A stretch of DNA of 42,544 nt from Promethearchaeota archaeon (GCA_019894975.1 JAGXNO010000035.1:1-42544), one strand, 5' to 3'; counted from the first letter of the stretch, positions 19,299 through 29,614 are shown. Numbers and translations: made by a program. Notes: generated from the sequence alone by a model not told the origin.

Positions 19299-19931
19299 TT
19301 AGACACCAAAAATTTGTCTTAATTCACTGTATATTTTAGATAATTCAGAAATTATTTGAGCATTATTTTGTTGAAGATAATAGCTTACATACCCAGCTAA
19401 ACCCTCACCATCTTTGATCCAAACTAAGAAGGCTTTAATCTCATCTTGTAGTTGCGGATCAATATTCGCACCTCCTGTTGAAGCTACGCCCCCTGCTGAT
19501 GCCGTTCCACCCATCTGTCCTTCTTTCTGACCCATTTGGGCACTCGCATTCATATAAGGGCCTTGCGTATTCATAGTTCCAATAGCTCTTTGAACATCCA
19601 TAACAGCTCCACGAGCATCCCCATCTGGTTGAAGATAGCAAATAAGTTTATGATCATCATCTTTTGCTGCGCATATACTTCCTTCACCTTTTAAAGATAT
19701 AGCAACCATACGTTCAGCCCCCATCTGCAACATCGAATATTTTACTCCAGAAACCATTATGAATTGAGCATTTTGGCCTGCCCAACTTGATATTATTCTG
19801 CTAACGTCTCCACTAATGTCCCAATTATCTGTGGTATAAATTAGATCTTTACCTTTTATTACAGCAGCAGCTATAATGTTAGGATCTGATTGCATCAAAT
19901 TATATACTGCGGTCTCAGGATCTACTGGCAT
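19299..19931 (-). CDS. Asgard profilin with a C-terminal extension
   Basis: IAAAVI..IYTTDNWDI..GVKYSMLQMGAER..GEGSI..ICYLQPDGDARGAVMDVQ matches the Loki-profilin pattern; then a Gly-rich linker and a helical domain. Confidence 0.8.
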   Translation of the reverse strand: MPVDPETAVYNLMQSDPNIIAAAVIKGKDLIYTTDNWDISGDVSRIISSWAGQNAQFIMVSGVKYSMLQMGAERMVAISLKGEGSICAAKDDDHKLICYLQPDGDARGAVMDVQRAIGTMNTQGPYMNASAQMGQKEGQMGGTASAGGVASTGGANIDPQLQDEIKAFLVWIKDGEGLAGYVSYYLQQNNAQIISELSKIYSELRQIFGV

Positions 19932-20050
19932 CTTTTTTCATTTTTTTTTATTTTGTATTAGGCTTTTAAAAAATAGCGAAATTACATTTAATTATAAAAT
20001 AATTATAAACTTATTTTTTAAAAATTTATCTATAACATTAACATAGCATT

Positions 20051-20515
20051 TTATTTCTTTTTCTTAATATTTATTTTGCCAAATTTTGGCTTATAATAAA
20101 CATTATATTTATCAGAGTTTTCTTGATTATTTTCTCGATATTCTAATTCAATATCCAGATTGTTATTATTGAAATCTTCATGTAAAGCATCTTGATTCTT
20201 TAGATTATTAAGATGATCATTAAGATCTTTTGGGTTTTTAAATAATTTCCCACACATTGGACAACTTGGAGACTCTTTTTCTAAAAGACCTTTAGGGGTT
20301 TTAACAATAACAGGAAATTTTGTCTTCCTTTGTAAATTTGTGGTAAGGTGCCGACAATAATGCCTAATTAATTTTCCATAGGGAGGGTAATTGAAAAAAA
20401 TTTTACTTCCATGCCTACACTCCCAATATAATACATCTGCACCACACTTTCGACATTTGGTTTGAAAAGATCGAAGATAACAATGTTTTCCGTGCGTCTT
20501 GTAAAAATGTCGCAT
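20051..20515 (-). CDS. zinc-finger protein
   Basis: CRKC..CRH..HYC and CPMCGKLF..LNDHL (C2H2-like). Confidence 0.7.
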   Translation of the reverse strand: MRHFYKTHGKHCYLRSFQTKCRKCGADVLYWECRHGSKIFFNYPPYGKLIRHYCRHLTTNLQRKTKFPVIVKTPKGLLEKESPSCPMCGKLFKNPKDLNDHLNNLKNQDALHEDFNNNNLDIELEYRENNQENSDKYNVYYKPKFGKINIKKKK

Positions 20516-20673
20516 TATATTAAGAGAAATAACAAACTTATTAAAACGTTACGATTTAAATCCAAAGCCAAAAAAAAAAGATGAGATAATTATTAATGGA
20601 TAAATCCTCAAAACGCAAATATTTATATGTGCAAGATTAATTATGAGAATTAAAGAGTAGAATTTTTAAAGGG

Positions 20674-21612
20674 TTGAACTTGGTGGATCTCTCAATACCT
20701 CAAAAAAATTTAAATTCTTGCCCAGAATGTGGTAACAAAAATTTAATCTCTGATGACACACGTGGCGAAGTTGTTTGTAATGACTGCGGATTAGTTCTAG
20801 ATCAGGGAATCATAGATTCAGGGCCCGAATGGAGAGCCTTCACTTCTGAAGAAGCTAATAGAAAAGTAAGAGTTGGAGCGCCTACAACTTTAACTATCCA
20901 TGACAAAGGATTAAGTACTATGATCGGTTGGAAAAACAAGGACGCTTTTGGGAAAGCTATCAGCCCAAAGATGAAGGCAGAAGTCTACCGATTAAGGAAA
21001 TGGCACGTCAGAACTAGAACCAACAAATCTATTGATAGAAACCTAGCATATGCTATGAATGAATTAGATCGATTTGCTTCCCAACTTAACCTTTCCAAAG
21101 ATATAAAAGAATCAGCAGCTCATATTTACCGAAAAATGGCGAATAAAAATTTAATTAGAGGGCGATCTATTGAAGCTATGTTAATTGCTTCTATTTATCT
21201 ATCTTGTAGATTGAATAATGTCCCTAAAACCTTAGATGACTTTATAGAATTCGCTTCTGTTGACAAAAAAAAGATTGCTAGGTGCTATAGATTAATCTTA
21301 AATGAACTCAAATTAAATATACATGTATCTTCTCCAATTAATTTTATCCCTCGATTTTGTGCCGATTTGAAATTATCTGGAAGAACTCAAAATAGAGCCG
21401 CATCAATTTTAGAGCTTGCAAGAATACGTCGTATTACCGCAGGAAAAGCACCAACAGGTTTAGCTGGTGCTGCATTGTATGTTGCTGCAATTCAAGAAGG
21501 AGAAAGACGAACCCAAAAAGAAATTTCGATTGCAGCAGGAGTTACTGAAGCAACTATACGAAATAGATACAAAGAATTAGTAAGTCATTTAAATTTCGAT
21601 TTAAATGTGTAA
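20674..21612 (+). CDS. tfb: transcription initiation factor IIB
   Basis: CPECG..VCNDCGLV zinc ribbon, GPEWRAF B-reader, two cyclin repeats, GVTEATIRNRYKEL. Confidence 0.98.
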   Translation: MNLVDLSIPQKNLNSCPECGNKNLISDDTRGEVVCNDCGLVLDQGIIDSGPEWRAFTSEEANRKVRVGAPTTLTIHDKGLSTMIGWKNKDAFGKAISPKMKAEVYRLRKWHVRTRTNKSIDRNLAYAMNELDRFASQLNLSKDIKESAAHIYRKMANKNLIRGRSIEAMLIASIYLSCRLNNVPKTLDDFIEFASVDKKKIARCYRLILNELKLNIHVSSPINFIPRFCADLKLSGRTQNRAASILELARIRRITAGKAPTGLAGAALYVAAIQEGERRTQKEISIAAGVTEATIRNRYKELVSHLNFDLNV

Positions 21613-21653
21613 TTAGATAAATTTAACCATAAAGAATTTAAAAGCAAAGTGTT

Positions 21654-21803
21654 CTAAAGGACTTTAATTCTTTTTATAACATCTGGTCTTTTTTTGTATA
21701 AAATCCGAAATCCACAATGAGAACATTTAATTCCTGGAAGTGCGCTTAGTTCCTTTTTACTTACTTCTTTACCGCAACTCTTTCTAGCACACACATATTT
21801 CAT
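21654..21803 (-). CDS. rpo12: DNA-directed RNA polymerase subunit Rpo12 (P); absent from the ORF track
   Basis: Manual translation MKYVCARKSCGKEV..LPGIKCSHCGFRILYKKRPDVIKRIKVL (49 aa). Confidence 0.92.
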   Translation of the reverse strand: MKYVCARKSCGKEVSKKELSALPGIKCSHCGFRILYKKRPDVIKRIKVL

Positions 21804-21901
21804 ATTATATTCAAATATTTTATGATTAAAATATTTTGTGCTTTAAAACCTGAATATTGAAAAAGCCTAATGAAAAAGAAATAGAATTTTAATATTTAAA
21901 T

Positions 21902-22711
21902 CTATATATAAAGCGATTTTCTTTTATCCTCAGTATCAATAACTTGGAATGAATCAAGATCCTTTTCCAACTGATCTTTTTTACTTTGAAGACTTTTAGT
22001 TATATCTTCAATGTTTTCTAATGAATATTTCTTTTTAATTGGCAACGTAAATGATCTTTTTAACATTTCCAAAAGAGTGATTGATGCTCTTAAATCTGTG
22101 ATATCTTCATTAACCATAGCCATATTATCTGTTTCGGCAAGAAAAACCAGCCCATCAATGTTAAATCGGGCTTTTGCAAGCGTTGGAATTAAACCATTTG
22201 CCCCTATTATAACTCCTTTCTGAATCTTTTGACAATCAGTTACCAGTAAGTAATTTTCTAATATTTTTCGATTGGTAGAACTGACGAAGATATTGGGAAT
22301 TTTGGATTTAAGCATTCGACTATTTATGGGGTAAGCCCCTAACGCAACGATTAGTACGATTCCATATTGATGAATTATTTCTGTAAGGAAGTTTGAGATC
22401 CTATAGATTCCTTTGGGAGTCAAACTTTGAGCATCAGCAGTTATCAGGATTATATCTCTTAATTCATTTGGATCTTTCCAATATAAAACTTCAGCTTTAG
22501 GAGCAGATAAAATACTATCATCGACAATAGCTCCTGCGGGGTAGTCATCAAAGATAATATCCATTAAATTTTTAGCATCAAGTTGCCCTATTAATGAGTC
22601 TAAAGCAAATTTACCTACATCAGCTATTCCTGGCATTCCTAAAATACATAGTGGGTTTATAAATTTTTCTTTAGGAAGCTTCTCATGTTGAATAATTCTT
22701 ATTCCTTCCAT
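21902..22711 (-). CDS. PAC2-family proteasome assembly chaperone
   Basis: ILGMPGIADVGK, IILITADAQ, VALGAY, IIGANGLI, LAET. Confidence 0.85.
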   Translation of the reverse strand: MEGIRIIQHEKLPKEKFINPLCILGMPGIADVGKFALDSLIGQLDAKNLMDIIFDDYPAGAIVDDSILSAPKAEVLYWKDPNELRDIILITADAQSLTPKGIYRISNFLTEIIHQYGIVLIVALGAYPINSRMLKSKIPNIFVSSTNRKILENYLLVTDCQKIQKGVIIGANGLIPTLAKARFNIDGLVFLAETDNMAMVNEDITDLRASITLLEMLKRSFTLPIKKKYSLENIEDITKSLQSKKDQLEKDLDSFQVIDTEDKRKSLYI

Positions 22712-22905
22712 AAATTAAACCTTCTTTTCATAAAATATATCTAATAATAGGGTGAGTTTTATCAGTTTAAAATGGATATAATATCCTCGTGGGGTGAAGA
22801 ATTAGTGTAAAAGTGATATTTTCATATTATCCAAAAGATATTTTTTAGGTGATACTTAAATTAAGTAGTATACCTATTAGTTTTTAACATAAAATAAGAG
22901 AATCA

Positions 22906-23505
22906 ATGACAGATTTAGTATATAAGTGTAAATTGTGTGGTACTTGTTGCCATGAGGTCCCTGGAGATTATGTTAAAAGAATCCCCATTTACCCTGATGA
23001 AGCTGATAAAATGATTGAAATAGCAAAAGAGAGGGGTGTGGATTTCAAGATTATTGAAGACTTGGTTTTTCCCGATGTTATTAATGAAAATATTTTAGTC
23101 CTAACATATCGAATAAGATTAGATAATGAAACACAAGGATGTCCTTTCTATGACAAATCGGAAGGTTGTACAATCCAGGATGTGAAACCCTTAGCTTGTC
23201 AAGCATACCCTTTAGCGTTAAAACGTCAAGATGCTTTTAATTTCGAAATTTCTATTGATCCATTATGTAATTTTGTTATAGAGAATTATGATAAATTAGA
23301 AAATGTGGATATAGATAAATTAAGAGAAATTTTCAAGGAAGAATACCCAAAAGCAGAAACATTTTATCGAAAAAACAAGAAACTAATGTTTAAAATCAGA
23401 AAATTAGAGGTAACCAACCAAATAAAAATTCCTCATCAAATAAGCATAGAAGAATTTAATAAATACCTACAACAATGGGATCGTAAAGAAATTACTGTAA
23501 AGTAA
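22906..23505 (+). CDS. YkgJ-family cysteine-cluster protein
   Basis: CKLCGTCC, CPFY..GCTIQDVKPLACQAYP. Confidence 0.85.
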   Translation: MTDLVYKCKLCGTCCHEVPGDYVKRIPIYPDEADKMIEIAKERGVDFKIIEDLVFPDVINENILVLTYRIRLDNETQGCPFYDKSEGCTIQDVKPLACQAYPLALKRQDAFNFEISIDPLCNFVIENYDKLENVDIDKLREIFKEEYPKAETFYRKNKKLMFKIRKLEVTNQIKIPHQISIEEFNKYLQQWDRKEITVK

Positions 23506-23551
23506 GTTATTAATTCATTTTTAGAAAAAGTTTCTTTAGAACATCGAAAGA

Positions 23552-23989
23552 TTATATGTTTAACTTCAATTCTTCAACCAGATCTTTGAATTTATTTTCT
23601 TTGAGTTTGACTTCTTCGAAAGTCTTAAATCCTTCACTTATTATCTGAGCTAATATATGCTTACAATAATTTCTTTTTTTATTTATAACTACATTTTTGT
23701 AGAAATCTTGACAAGAACAAAATAATTTTGGATATAATAAATGCTCTTGATTTGTACCCATAGCAGTCCATACGATTCTATTTGACGGTTCATAAATATA
23801 TTTCGTGATTCCTCTCTTTAAAGTTTCTATAACATCTATAGATTTATCGGGAAATATACTTTCTAGGAATGATATAAATTCATCATCTAGCATTTTTTTG
23901 TGTTTAGCTTTTTCAAATAGCTTCAATAACAAATCTGACATTTTCTCAAATGAATTAAGGTAACCGTCTTTAAATATAATATCGTTCAA
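23552..23989 (-). CDS. SWIM zinc-finger protein (ZSWIM7/Sws1-like)
   Basis: FCSCQDF..YCKHILA (CxC-xn-CxH). Confidence 0.8.
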   Translation of the reverse strand: MNDIIFKDGYLNSFEKMSDLLLKLFEKAKHKKMLDDEFISFLESIFPDKSIDVIETLKRGITKYIYEPSNRIVWTAMGTNQEHLLYPKLFCSCQDFYKNVVINKKRNYCKHILAQIISEGFKTFEEVKLKENKFKDLVEELKLNI

Positions 23990-24014
23990 AAATTAAAAAA
24001 TATTCATCAAAATA

Positions 24015-25316
24015 TTGAATAATATTTTATATCTTCCAACACGATATTTTCCTGCCATTTCTGGTGCAGAATTCTATTTCCAAAGAATGGCAGAGATTTT
24101 AACTTCTACCTATAATTATAACATAAATATTTTAACCTCTAATGCTGTAGATTTTAAAGCTTTAAGGGATCCCTTAGGAAGAACAATTAAACCAGACAAT
24201 CCCCTGTTTAAAAAGGTAAATTCAATGAAAATTCAAAGGTTTCCAATAAAATACCATATTTCAGAAAAAGATATACTTCCAAAACTAAAAGATATTAAAT
24301 ATTTTAATTCTCTAGAATTAAATGACGATTGTGTAAAGAAACTCATAAAAAATGGACCATTTTTAGAAGATTTAATAAATTTTCTTCTCGTAAAAAACAA
24401 TAGAACATATGAATTAGTCCATACAACATTTTTCCCATATTTTAATTTAATTATCAGTTTACTAGTTGGAAAAATGATGAATATTCCTACTGTTTGTACT
24501 CCATTTTTCCACTTTTCTAACCCACGTTATTCAGATTCGATTTTAGTTGAAGTTTTAAAGAAATTCGATTTGTTAATTGCTTGTACGCATATTGAAAAGA
24601 GGATTTTAGTTGAAAAATTAAAAATTAAGGAAGAAAGAATTGCTGTAATTCCGATGGGCGTAGATTTTCAAAAATTCAGTAGTACGTATCAAACCAAATT
24701 AAAAACAAACTATTTTAAAGAAAAGTTTTTTCTTAAAAAGGAGAAGAAGTTTAAATTGGTACTCTATTGCGGAAGTAAGAATTATGAAAAAGGAGCCATA
24801 TCGATTTTAAAATCAATACCTTTTATTCTTAGTAAAATGAAAAAAGTTTATTTTGTGTTTATTGGTCCTGCAACCAAAGCTTATAAACATGAACTATCTA
24901 AAATTCAAAAGCTCAAATATTCCAAGATAATTAATTTTACTCCAGATAATTTAACTGGCTATTACGATAAAAAAAAAATAAACGCTTTCAAAGAAGCTGA
25001 CCTATATTTAATGCCTAGTAGAAGCGATGCTTTTGGTATAGCATTTTTAGAAGCTTGGGCGGCTGGAATTCCTGTCATAGGGGCAAGAACAGGGGCTACT
25101 CCCGAGGTTATAAGAGATAATACTGATGGTTTACTAGTCGAATTTGATGATCCCTTAGATATTGCCCAAAAAGTAATCAAACTGCTAAAAAATAATAAAT
25201 TAAGAAAGAAGCTGGGATTAGCGGGACAAGTAAGAGTTTCTCAAAATTACACATGGGATATTGTTGCTAAAAAAACGCATCAAACATATCAAAGTTTGTT
25301 AAATACTTATAGTTGA
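24015..25316 (+). CDS. glycosyltransferase family 4
   Basis: YFPAISGAE, IPMGVD, MPSRSDAFGIAFLEAWAAGIPVI. Confidence 0.92.
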   Translation: MNNILYLPTRYFPAISGAEFYFQRMAEILTSTYNYNINILTSNAVDFKALRDPLGRTIKPDNPLFKKVNSMKIQRFPIKYHISEKDILPKLKDIKYFNSLELNDDCVKKLIKNGPFLEDLINFLLVKNNRTYELVHTTFFPYFNLIISLLVGKMMNIPTVCTPFFHFSNPRYSDSILVEVLKKFDLLIACTHIEKRILVEKLKIKEERIAVIPMGVDFQKFSSTYQTKLKTNYFKEKFFLKKEKKFKLVLYCGSKNYEKGAISILKSIPFILSKMKKVYFVFIGPATKAYKHELSKIQKLKYSKIINFTPDNLTGYYDKKKINAFKEADLYLMPSRSDAFGIAFLEAWAAGIPVIGARTGATPEVIRDNTDGLLVEFDDPLDIAQKVIKLLKNNKLRKKLGLAGQVRVSQNYTWDIVAKKTHQTYQSLLNTYS

Positions 25317-25323
25317 TGAATAT

Positions 25324-26544
25324 ATGAAGAAAATATCAGGAAATCCATACTTGTTAAGCAGTGATAATAAGATTTTGATTGATTCAATTCATTTAGATGA
25401 GCTAATGGAGGAGTATAAAACTCCTTTACTTGTATTTTTAGAAGAGAGGATTCGAGACAATATTAAATCCTTCTTAAATTTTTTCAATGAAGAATTTGAA
25501 AATTTTCACTGTTTCTATTCATTAAAAGCAAACTATCTTACTGAAATCTGTAAAATCGTTTGCTCTGAAGGAATTGGGATAAAAGCAGTAGGCTGGCCGG
25601 AACTTAAATTAGCACTAAAACTTGGATTTTCCCCTAATAAAATCATCGTTGGTGGACCGTATTTACCTGAAATGCTTATTGAATCATGTATTAAAAACAA
25701 AATAAAGGAAATCATCATTTATAGTTTAAGTGATATAAAAAAAATAAATAATATCGCCCAAAAATTTAATCATGTTCAAAACATTTGTATTAGGGTAATC
25801 TCTCAGAAATATCAGAGCAAATTAGGGATAAAGTTTGATGACAACCAGATAAAAAACCTAAAAGATGCATTGTCTATTTGTAAAAATATTAAAGTAACTT
25901 CAATACTATCCCATTTTGGTACACAAATGAATAATATTGGACAATTTGAACAAAATATTAAAACCATAATCTCTAATTTAAAACTTTTATTAGAAAACAA
26001 GATATTCATTGAGAACATTAATCTTGGGGGAGGATTTCCGGAAGCCACTGTTATGAAACGGGATCAATTAATAAAAATTGCGAGAATGATAAAGGATTGT
26101 TTCAAAAAATCTAGTTTAGTCCTCCCAAATATCAGTTTTGAACCAGGAAGATATTTTGTAGGAGATGCTGGTTTATTTTTATCAAAAATAATAAGAGTAA
26201 GTGAAGATAGGTGGATTTTTATAGATATCGGAAATCATATATGTCCCAAGTTCGCGAAGTGTTCTTTAAGATTTTATAATGCCTCCCTAATCGATGAGCC
26301 TCACAAATATAAAACATCCATTGCAGGGATCGTTCCCACTGATCAAGATGTTTTAGCTAAAAATTACTTTTTTACACAGAAATTAAGAGAAGAGGATAAT
26401 GTGATAATAACAAACACAGGAGCTTATTGCTTAACCTTTTCAAACCGTTTCCCTTATGTTCTACCCACTATAATTCTTGTCAAAGGTGAGACAGTTAAAA
26501 CAATATTTGATCCTAAATTTGATAAAGATTTCTCTCTAAGTTAG
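25324..26544 (+). CDS. fold-type III PLP-dependent decarboxylase (LysA-like, divergent)
   Basis: YSLKAN, SKLG, HFGTQ, INLGGGF, FEPGRY, NTGAY. Confidence 0.85.
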   Translation: MKKISGNPYLLSSDNKILIDSIHLDELMEEYKTPLLVFLEERIRDNIKSFLNFFNEEFENFHCFYSLKANYLTEICKIVCSEGIGIKAVGWPELKLALKLGFSPNKIIVGGPYLPEMLIESCIKNKIKEIIIYSLSDIKKINNIAQKFNHVQNICIRVISQKYQSKLGIKFDDNQIKNLKDALSICKNIKVTSILSHFGTQMNNIGQFEQNIKTIISNLKLLLENKIFIENINLGGGFPEATVMKRDQLIKIARMIKDCFKKSSLVLPNISFEPGRYFVGDAGLFLSKIIRVSEDRWIFIDIGNHICPKFAKCSLRFYNASLIDEPHKYKTSIAGIVPTDQDVLAKNYFFTQKLREEDNVIITNTGAYCLTFSNRFPYVLPTIILVKGETVKTIFDPKFDKDFSLS

Positions 26545-26644
26545 TCTGTGCTTAGATAATAAATTTGTAATACCCTAATAATACATTAATTCTAATTTTT
26601 TTAGTATATTTTTTTTGTAGCAACAATAGGTTATTTGAATAATT

Positions 26645-27751
26645 ATGGAATCATTTATCCAAAATGCAAGTAAAAGAGAAATAATCAGACCACAGGTAGA
26701 AAACTTTGGTTATGCCAACATAAAAATTATCGGTTGTGGTGGTGCGGGGAATAATACTGTTGATAGGTTAATGAAGATTGGAATAAGGGGTGCCAAATGT
26801 GTAGCCATTAACACAGATTGTCAACATTTAGATAGTGTTGAATCTCACGTAAAAATATTAATTGGTAAAAACTTAACAAAAGGTTTAGGTGCAGGAGGAA
26901 ATCCAGAGATCGGGAGAGCTGCTGCTGAGGAATCAAGGGAGGATTTAACGAGGATTTTAAGAGAATCTAATTTAGTTTTTATCACTTGCGGTGAGGGTGG
27001 AGGAACAGGAACAGGAAGTGCTCCTATAGTGGCCGAAATTGCAAAACTAGAAGGTGCAATAGTAGTTGGTGTGGTGACTCTACCATTTGAAACCGAAATT
27101 GGACGTATTGATAAAGCTAAAATGGGGCTAAATCAATTAAAACGGTATGCTGATACCCTAGTAGTAATTGATAATAATCGACTATTAGCAATAGCCCCTA
27201 ATTTACCAATTATTGAAGCTTTTAGTGTTGCAGACGAGGTTTTAGCAACGATGGTTAAAGGAATTACTGAAACGATTTCCTTACCTTCTCTAATCAATTT
27301 AGATTTTGCTGATGTAAGAACTATTTTGAGTACAGGTGGGGTTGCAATTGTAGGTGTAGGAGAATCTAACAAGAAAGATGGTCGAGTTGAAGACGCTATT
27401 AATGATGCTTTAAACACACCCTTATTAGACGTAAGTATTGAAGGCGCTAAAGGAGCATTAATACATATTTGTGGAGGAAATGATATGACTCTTTCAGAAG
27501 CAAATTCAGTGGCTAAAACGATCTCTGAAAAAATGGATATGAATGATTCAATGGTAATTTGGGGTGCCAGGGTTTCAGATGAATTTGATGGTTTTATAAG
27601 AGTCATGTTGCTGATAACCGGAATTAAATCTCCTCAAATTTTTGGTAGTGGGTATTCAATGAATAGATCACTTTATCCTTCAAAAACAAAATCTTCAAAG
27701 CTAAGTCTCTCAGATGACATTTTCAATATTGGTGAAATTGCATTTGACTAG
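26645..27751 (+). CDS. ftsZ: cell division protein FtsZ
   Basis: GCGGAGNN, AINTD, GLGAGG, GGGTGTG, INLDFADV. Confidence 0.97.
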   Translation: MESFIQNASKREIIRPQVENFGYANIKIIGCGGAGNNTVDRLMKIGIRGAKCVAINTDCQHLDSVESHVKILIGKNLTKGLGAGGNPEIGRAAAEESREDLTRILRESNLVFITCGEGGGTGTGSAPIVAEIAKLEGAIVVGVVTLPFETEIGRIDKAKMGLNQLKRYADTLVVIDNNRLLAIAPNLPIIEAFSVADEVLATMVKGITETISLPSLINLDFADVRTILSTGGVAIVGVGESNKKDGRVEDAINDALNTPLLDVSIEGAKGALIHICGGNDMTLSEANSVAKTISEKMDMNDSMVIWGARVSDEFDGFIRVMLLITGIKSPQIFGSGYSMNRSLYPSKTKSSKLSLSDDIFNIGEIAFD

Positions 27752-27783
27752 TCCTTTTTATATTTCTTTTTAAATTTTAATGC

Positions 27784-28152
27784 ATGATTAACAAGTTTTC
27801 AGAAGAAATACAAAAAGAAATTGAAGGAATTTTAAATAAAATTCAGGTATGGAATGCCCTATTTAATATAAAACTTGAGTTTTATTATGATGGATGGGCG
27901 GTTTTTTTAAAAGAAAAGAATCTTTATCCTCGTTGCATTGTTATTTTTAAATCCAATGAAAGTGAGCAATATTCCATCAAGAGTTATAATGTATATCTTC
28001 AAAATTATAAGAAAGAAAAATATCAAGAGATTTATTCGATTGAAAATATAAACAATCAAGACGATGTGTTAAAGGAGTTAAGGGATATAATCTATGGGAA
28101 AGATTTAGGCAATCAAGCTTTAAAAATATATAATGATGCATTTACGGAATAA
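27784..28152 (+). CDS. hypothetical protein
   Basis: 122-aa ORF co-oriented behind ftsZ. Confidence 0.65.
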   Translation: MINKFSEEIQKEIEGILNKIQVWNALFNIKLEFYYDGWAVFLKEKNLYPRCIVIFKSNESEQYSIKSYNVYLQNYKKEKYQEIYSIENINNQDDVLKELRDIIYGKDLGNQALKIYNDAFTE

Positions 28153-28155
28153 TTT

Positions 28156-28722
28156 TTAGAACTCTGGCTTATACATTTGCCTAAATTCCTCTTTCTTTTT
28201 ATCATTGTATTTATTCTCAAGGAATTTTAAAACCATATGATGAGGTAGACCTTTAATTATCATATTTACTGCTTTTCTAGCAATTTGCAGGTTTTCATAA
28301 ATAGCTATTACTGACACGGTTTTTCCATAAACAGAGAGATAGCACTCTGTGAATCTTTCAAGAGCTTTTCTCATTTCACCATTCCTCCCTATAATCCGAC
28401 CTTTAATCCTCTTTATATGTTTCTCTGATTTTCCTAAAATTGATAAGAGATTAAACACTTCGATGTCATAATCTTCTTCGATTAATTTCATAGCTTTAAC
28501 CGGGTTAAACCCTCTATTAATTGCATTTACTATTTTCTGAGTAGTATAAACATTAAGTGGTTTATAATTGGAACTATCTAAATTTGGTAAAACTTCACAA
28601 TCTCCTGTCTTACTATCTAGATTAATTTTTACACCCAACCTCTCTTCAATCTCTTTTTTGATTCTCCCTTCAGTTCCTATCAGAACACCTATTCGATTTT
28701 TCCCTATTTTCATATTATCCAC
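28156..28722 (-). CDS. KH-domain pre-rRNA processing protein (Dim2/Pno1-like)
   Basis: RIGVLIGTEG, AINRGFNP, KGRIIGRNG, SVYGKTV. Confidence 0.93.
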   Translation of the reverse strand: MDNMKIGKNRIGVLIGTEGRIKKEIEERLGVKINLDSKTGDCEVLPNLDSSNYKPLNVYTTQKIVNAINRGFNPVKAMKLIEEDYDIEVFNLLSILGKSEKHIKRIKGRIIGRNGEMRKALERFTECYLSVYGKTVSVIAIYENLQIARKAVNMIIKGLPHHMVLKFLENKYNDKKKEEFRQMYKPEF

Positions 28723-28758
28723 ATAAAATTGTAATATTTTTACAAAGATTTTAGATTT

Positions 28759-29601
28759 TTAAACCTCTCTATTGATAACATCATAATAAAAATCTGTTGG
28801 ATCTGGGGTTTCTAATCCCAATTTTTCAAAATACTGGAAAATATTTTTAATGTCTCTTGCTAAATAAACTTCTGCTTTAGGATGCTGGATAGCTACAGCT
28901 TGAGATATATCAATAACTACAGGGCTTTGGTTATGATATAAAATATTGAATTCACTAAGATCCCCATGGACTAGTTTAGCCTTTTGATATAATAACTTTA
29001 TGAAGGTTAAGATTTCATTAAATAAATTCACTGGATCCTTAGGACTTTTAATAGTTTTTAAAACTGGTGCTGGTATTGATTCAAAACCTATATATTCCAT
29101 TATTAGAATATTATTTTTAATGAATAAGGGTTCAGGAACCCTTAAACCTACCTTATACGCTCTTTTAAGATTTTTATATTCTTTACTTGCCCAAAGGAAA
29201 ATGACTTTTGAGATATTATTAGGGATTTTCTTAAATCTTGGATCTCCGATGATATATTTCCTCATCCATCTTGAAGTGTTGCTATCGATCTTATAAATTT
29301 TAATTGCAACCTCCTTTTCCTCTAAGTCATAGGCTAGATAAACATTTGCTTCTTTACCTGCTGATATAACACCCTCAATTCTTTTTAATGGGCCGTTAAC
29401 TAATATTTTGTTTAAATGGAAAATTGTACGTTCATCAAATACAGACTCAATAACAGCTCTCTTTTTCGATTGATCAATATTTTTAATTCTCTTATAGTCT
29501 ATGTTGGTTTTTTCTAATTCGTCAAGATCGGAATTAAACTTTTTTTCTGCTCTATCCTCCAAAAGCTCTTCCTCATCAAAAATATCTTCGGGTTCGTCCA
29601 A
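28759..29601 (-). CDS. rio1: RIO1 serine kinase
   Basis: SAGKEANVY, AIKIYK, LVHGDLSEFNIL, IDISQAV. Confidence 0.96.
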   Translation of the reverse strand: MDEPEDIFDEEELLEDRAEKKFNSDLDELEKTNIDYKRIKNIDQSKKRAVIESVFDERTIFHLNKILVNGPLKRIEGVISAGKEANVYLAYDLEEKEVAIKIYKIDSNTSRWMRKYIIGDPRFKKIPNNISKVIFLWASKEYKNLKRAYKVGLRVPEPLFIKNNILIMEYIGFESIPAPVLKTIKSPKDPVNLFNEILTFIKLLYQKAKLVHGDLSEFNILYHNQSPVVIDISQAVAIQHPKAEVYLARDIKNIFQYFEKLGLETPDPTDFYYDVINREV

Positions 29602-29614
29602 ATAATATTCCTCT

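Noticed and set aside
26645-27751. Glu in the FtsZ signature (CGEGGGTGTG)
   Set aside because: Single substitution at a variable position; other GTPase motifs intact; cannot judge without an alignment
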